From Alphaproteobacteria bacterium (GTDB lineage: Bacteria > Pseudomonadota > Alphaproteobacteria > UBA828), in the NCBI GenBank assembly GCA_965221125.1, contig CBDCRW010000003.1, positions 352,001-416,000 of the forward strand: a DNA stretch of 64,000 bases, read 5' to 3'. The position numbers were made by a program, and so were the translations under genes. The notes beneath the pieces were generated by a model. It saw nothing but the letters and a program-made list of their open reading frames with translations. It was not told where the DNA came from and ran no database searches. How positions within the stretch are numbered: the stretch's first letter is position 1; each line of letters begins with the position of its first letter. This document shows positions 60,530 to 64,000 of this stretch, in pieces.

Positions 60530-61552
60530 ATGGCCGAAGGAACAGCACGGCGGCGCGCGAGGAAGAAGACCTGGAGCGCGCTGGGCGACGTGACCGGCAA
60601 GCCCAGCGACTACGAAATCGTCACCCACGGCTTGAACCACACGATGGGAGAAACGCCGCTGGAAATGGGGCCGGAGGTCCACGGCAACGTGTGGCTCAAG
60701 AAGTACCGGGACGACATCTCGATCAAGGTCGGGAACTGGGATTCCTTCCGCGATCCGGACCAGGTCACCTACCAGAGCTACGTCAAGGCGCAGGACGTGC
60801 AGGAAGCCTACATCGACGAGCTTCTCGCCTCCTTCACCGCAGAAGATACAAGCGACGGGCGGCTCTCCAACGAGTGCCTGCAGCTCCTGCTTACGGCGAT
60901 GACGCCGTGCCGCTACCTGGGGCACGTGCAGCAGATGCTCTCGGCCTACATCCAGCAGGTCGCACCGTCCTCCTATGTCGCCAACTGCGGGTCGTTCCAG
61001 GTCGCCGACCAGCTTCGCCGCGTGCAGCGCGTCGCCTACCGCACCCGCCAGCTCGGCACCGAACACCCTTCGCACGGCTTCGGCAGCAGCGAACGGGTGG
61101 CCTGGCAGGATGCGCCCGGATGGCAGCCCGTCCGCGAGACCATGGAGACGCTGCTCGTCGTCTACGAGTGGGACGAAGCGCTGGTCGGGTTCAACCTGGT
61201 CGTCCGTCCGGTCTGCGACAACCTGTTCGTCAACCAGCTCTCTCGCGCGGCGCGGCTCGCCGGCGACGAGCTGGACGCCCTGCTGCTGGAGAACCTCTAT
61301 CAGGATTGCGAGCGGCACAACCGCTGGACCGTCGCGGCCATGAACTACATCGTCGACCAGGATGCCGCGAACCGGGATGCCCTGCGCGACTTGGCCGCCA
61401 AGTGGAACGGCCGCGCGGAGGCGATCATCGCGTCGGGCTCGGAGATGATCGCGGCGAACGTCGACGGCCTCTCGGCCCAGGACATCGCCGACGACGTGCT
61501 CGCGCGCTGGGCCGAGCTGAAGTGGCAGGCCGGGCTCAGCGGCGATGCCTGA
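60530..61552 (+). CDS. isoE: Monooxygenase beta subunit (IsoE/TmoE-like)
   Basis: KTWS....KPSDYEIVT, W..FRDPD, QVADQLRRVQR, W. Confidence 0.9.
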   Translation: MAEGTARRRARKKTWSALGDVTGKPSDYEIVTHGLNHTMGETPLEMGPEVHGNVWLKKYRDDISIKVGNWDSFRDPDQVTYQSYVKAQDVQEAYIDELLASFTAEDTSDGRLSNECLQLLLTAMTPCRYLGHVQQMLSAYIQQVAPSSYVANCGSFQVADQLRRVQRVAYRTRQLGTEHPSHGFGSSERVAWQDAPGWQPVRETMETLLVVYEWDEALVGFNLVVRPVCDNLFVNQLSRAARLAGDELDALLLENLYQDCERHNRWTVAAMNYIVDQDAANRDALRDLAAKWNGRAEAIIASGSEMIAANVDGLSAQDIADDVLARWAELKWQAGLSGDA

Positions 61553-61590
61553 GGGCGCTCCCGGCGGCCGCGCCTCGCGCGCGGCCGCCC

Positions 61591-62769
61591 ATGGCTGAGA
61601 GCGGCACCGCCGATCTCCCCTGGGACGAGCAATCCGAGCGCAACTTCATCGGCGGCGAATGGAGGTTCACGCGCGAAGGCTATTCCTTCGACATCTACGA
61701 TCCCGCCGACAGCACCGTCATCGCCGCCGTCCCGCTCTCCACCCACCGCGATGTCGCCCAGGCAATGGCGGCGGCCCGCGACGCCGTCGGCCCGTGGGCG
61801 GCGTTGCCCGGCGCCCGGCGTGCGGCGGTCGTGGACGGCGCGCTGGCGAGCCTGGCCGAGCGGATCGACAGTGTCGCCGCACTCGCCTGCCGCGATACGG
61901 GGCTGCCGGCGCATGCCGCGCGGGAGGACATCCTGGCGGCGATCCGCGCGGCGCGGGCGCACCTGGCGGGCGGCGCCGGGCAGCCGGAACACGACGCCGC
62001 GCCTGGCGTGATCGGGCAGATCCTGTCGTGGAGCGGCCCGCTCACACTCTGCATCCGGACCCTGGCCCCGGACCTCGCGGCGGGCAACACGGCGGTGGTC
62101 CATCCCTCGATCCAGGCGCCGCTCTCTCTGGTGTTCCTGGCGGACGCGCTGAGCCGTGCCGGCGCGCCGCCCGGCGTCTTCAATCTGGTTCAGGGCACCG
62201 GGGCCGACGCCGGCATGGCGCTGGCCCGCCAGCCCGACCTGAAGCGGCTCGATTTCCAGGGCAGCCGCGAGACGGCGGCCATGGCCGCGCTCTCGCCTGA
62301 GCGGAACGGCATTTCCGTGCATCGCCATCTGCGAACCATCGTCCATCGCCGCATCGACGCCGGCGATGCGCTCGAGCCGGCGGTCCGCGACATCGCCGAC
62401 GCCGCGTTCTGCCACGCGGCGCGTGCGGGCTACGGCGGCCTCCTGGTCGATGTCGCCGCCTCCCGTCTCGGTGAGTTCTCGGACGCGATCGCGGCGGCGT
62501 TCGAGGCCGGCCGATACGTCGAAGGACTGCGCGGCTCGCACACGATCGCGCCCTTCGTTGCCGAGAAATACCGCACCGCCTGCGAGCATCTGAAGAAGGG
62601 CCATCTCGCGGCCGGCGCGGAGCGGCTCTGCACCGCGCCGCAGCCGAGCCCTAGAACCTACCGCATGGGATGGTTCGAGCGGCCCTGCGTGCTCCACGAC
62701 CCCACGCACCGCATCTCCCTCGATCCCGACCTGGCCAACGGACCGCTTGTCCTCGTGCGTAGCGGCTAA
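61591..62769 (+). CDS. Aldehyde dehydrogenase-fold protein, degenerate or probably non-catalytic
   Basis: NFIGGEW, LAAGNTAVVHPS, PPGVFNLVQG retained; PWN changed to SWS, no ELGG, no GQxC. Confidence 0.75.
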   Translation: MAESGTADLPWDEQSERNFIGGEWRFTREGYSFDIYDPADSTVIAAVPLSTHRDVAQAMAAARDAVGPWAALPGARRAAVVDGALASLAERIDSVAALACRDTGLPAHAAREDILAAIRAARAHLAGGAGQPEHDAAPGVIGQILSWSGPLTLCIRTLAPDLAAGNTAVVHPSIQAPLSLVFLADALSRAGAPPGVFNLVQGTGADAGMALARQPDLKRLDFQGSRETAAMAALSPERNGISVHRHLRTIVHRRIDAGDALEPAVRDIADAAFCHAARAGYGGLLVDVAASRLGEFSDAIAAAFEAGRYVEGLRGSHTIAPFVAEKYRTACEHLKKGHLAAGAERLCTAPQPSPRTYRMGWFERPCVLHDPTHRISLDPDLANGPLVLVRSG

Positions 62770-63040
62770 CGCTTCGTCACTGCGGACACGACATCCGCCG
62801 ACGCAGTACTTGGCTGAACGCAGCGATGGCTCGCGAAGGGGCGCAGCACCTCGATCATGCCGAGGCGTACCGGACGGCCCGCCTGGAGATATGATGGACA
62901 AGCCGCTGAGCGCCTTGCCCAAGTCCCCACGGGCGCAACAGCAGCAGCTGGAAGATCGATTCAAAAGGAGCCTGGCGGCCTGAACATCAACCGGAATTCG
63001 CCTTAGCCCGGCCGTCAGAGGGTCAATTTTCCACGCTTAA

Positions 63041-64000
63041 CCCGACCTATTCATGGACTGCCTTGCACTTGATGCTCGGTTGATTGGGCGCGTCGGGGCC
63101 TGACGCGGTTTGGCGTCGGGAACTGAGGATGGTCGTTATCGGGTTGATGGTTTATGGAGCCTGGGTGATTGGGGCACGCCGCCCCGTCGCTCATGGGCCT
63201 GCTGCGGCGAGGCGGCCTGCGAGCAGGCGGAAGAGGGCGGCGTCGGGGCAGGCCGAGGCGAAGTGGATGCGGATGCGGGTGGCCTTCTCGATGACGCGGG
63301 CACCGATCTTGAGGAGGCGCAGCCTGAGGGTTGCAAACTCTGCACGGGCGAGCGGCGCGGCGCGGGGAATGGCGTCGCGCAGCGCGAGCATGAGCCAGTA
63401 GGCTGCGGTGTGGAGGACCAGCCTGAGCTGATTGGCGAGCGGGCTCTGGCAGGAGGTGCGGTCCGAGGCGAGCTGGCCCTTGTGCATCTTGATCAGGTTC
63501 TCGGCCTGGCCGCGGGCGCAGTAGATGTCTTCGTAGAGATGGCGGGGCTCGCCCTTGAGTGAGGTGACGACATAGCGGGCATCGAAGCCGCGGGTGCTCG
63601 CCTCGAGCCGGGCGACGACCCGGCGTTCGCAGCTCCAGGAGCGGGCGGCGTAGTCGAAGGCGGTGAAGCTGCGCATCCTGTCTGCGCCGGCCTTGGCGCG
63701 GCGCACCTTGAGATCGTCGGCCATCTCGTATGCGAGCGCGTGCAGCGCGCGGTTGCCCGCGAGGCCGAAGATGTAGTCGACCCCGTTCTCCTCGCACCAG
63801 GCCATGGCTTCCGGGCGGCCGTAGTGGCTGTCTCCGCGGAAGACGATCCGGGTGTGCGGCCAGTGGCGGCGGATGCGGCGGACCAGATGCTTGATGAGGG
63901 TGCGGACCTCAGGGCCCGACGGCGTCTTGCCCGGGCGCAGGAGGACCGCCACCGGCTTGCCGCTTTCCACATGGTAGACGTGGACGGGCAGGAAGCAGCG
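63041..64000 (-). mobile_element. IS1380-family element (runs beyond the window)
   Basis: Terminal CCCGACCTATTCAT preceded by TTAA; contains the transposase. Confidence 0.85.
63191..64000 (-). CDS. IS1380-family transposase (5' end outside the window)
   Basis: LRPG, RGDSHY, YCARGQAENLIKMHK, SDRTSC, ANQLRL, LRLRLLKIGA. Confidence 0.93.
   Translation of the reverse strand, partial: RCFLPVHVYHVESGKPVAVLLRPGKTPSGPEVRTLIKHLVRRIRRHWPHTRIVFRGDSHYGRPEAMAWCEENGVDYIFGLAGNRALHALAYEMADDLKVRRAKAGADRMRSFTAFDYAARSWSCERRVVARLEASTRGFDARYVVTSLKGEPRHLYEDIYCARGQAENLIKMHKGQLASDRTSCQSPLANQLRLVLHTAAYWLMLALRDAIPRAAPLARAEFATLRLRLLKIGARVIEKATRIRIHFASACPDAALFRLLAGRLAAAGP

Noticed and set aside
58029-61552. Methane, phenol or toluene monooxygenase assignment
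   Set aside because: The alpha-gamma-Rieske-effector-beta order excludes sMMO and phenol hydroxylase; alpha-subunit motifs and the adjacent IsoI/IsoH-like genes favour the isoprene/alkene clade over toluene monooxygenases.
62890-62983. 30-aa ORF MMDKPLSALPK... with a GGAGA RBS
   Set aside because: No recognisable motif; lies in debris next to the IS1380 end.

Overview
High-GC alphaproteobacterial chromosome segment (class I lysS, serS-surE-nlpD, DUF815 ATPase, gpmI). It is rich in ABC transporters, toxin-antitoxin modules and oxygenases, and has an ankyrin/SUMF1 multidomain protein; I infer a host-associated (e.g. sponge-symbiont-like) lifestyle. Main points: (1) An isoprene-monooxygenase-type cluster at 54.2-62.8 kb: CoA-transferase (isoG-like), LysR, isoH, isoI, isoABCDE. 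The usual isoF reductase position is taken by an aldehyde-dehydrogenase-fold protein lacking its catalytic residues, and a shared ATTGTTC-N9-(G/A)(A/G)ACAAT box links the two promoter regions. (2) A 3.3-kb cassette encoding a secreted ankyrin-PG-binding-SH3-FGE/SUMF1 protein sits between two ~454-bp direct repeats that duplicate the permease/pcaF junction, with no recombinase in the cassette. (3) An island-border relic at 38.7-41.2 kb: IS3 and integrase remnants, a tRNA-like att site and an intact IS110/IS1111 element. The window ends inside an IS1380 element. No CRISPR array, rRNA or intact tRNA was seen. Family assignments come from motifs and recalled similarity, not database searches.
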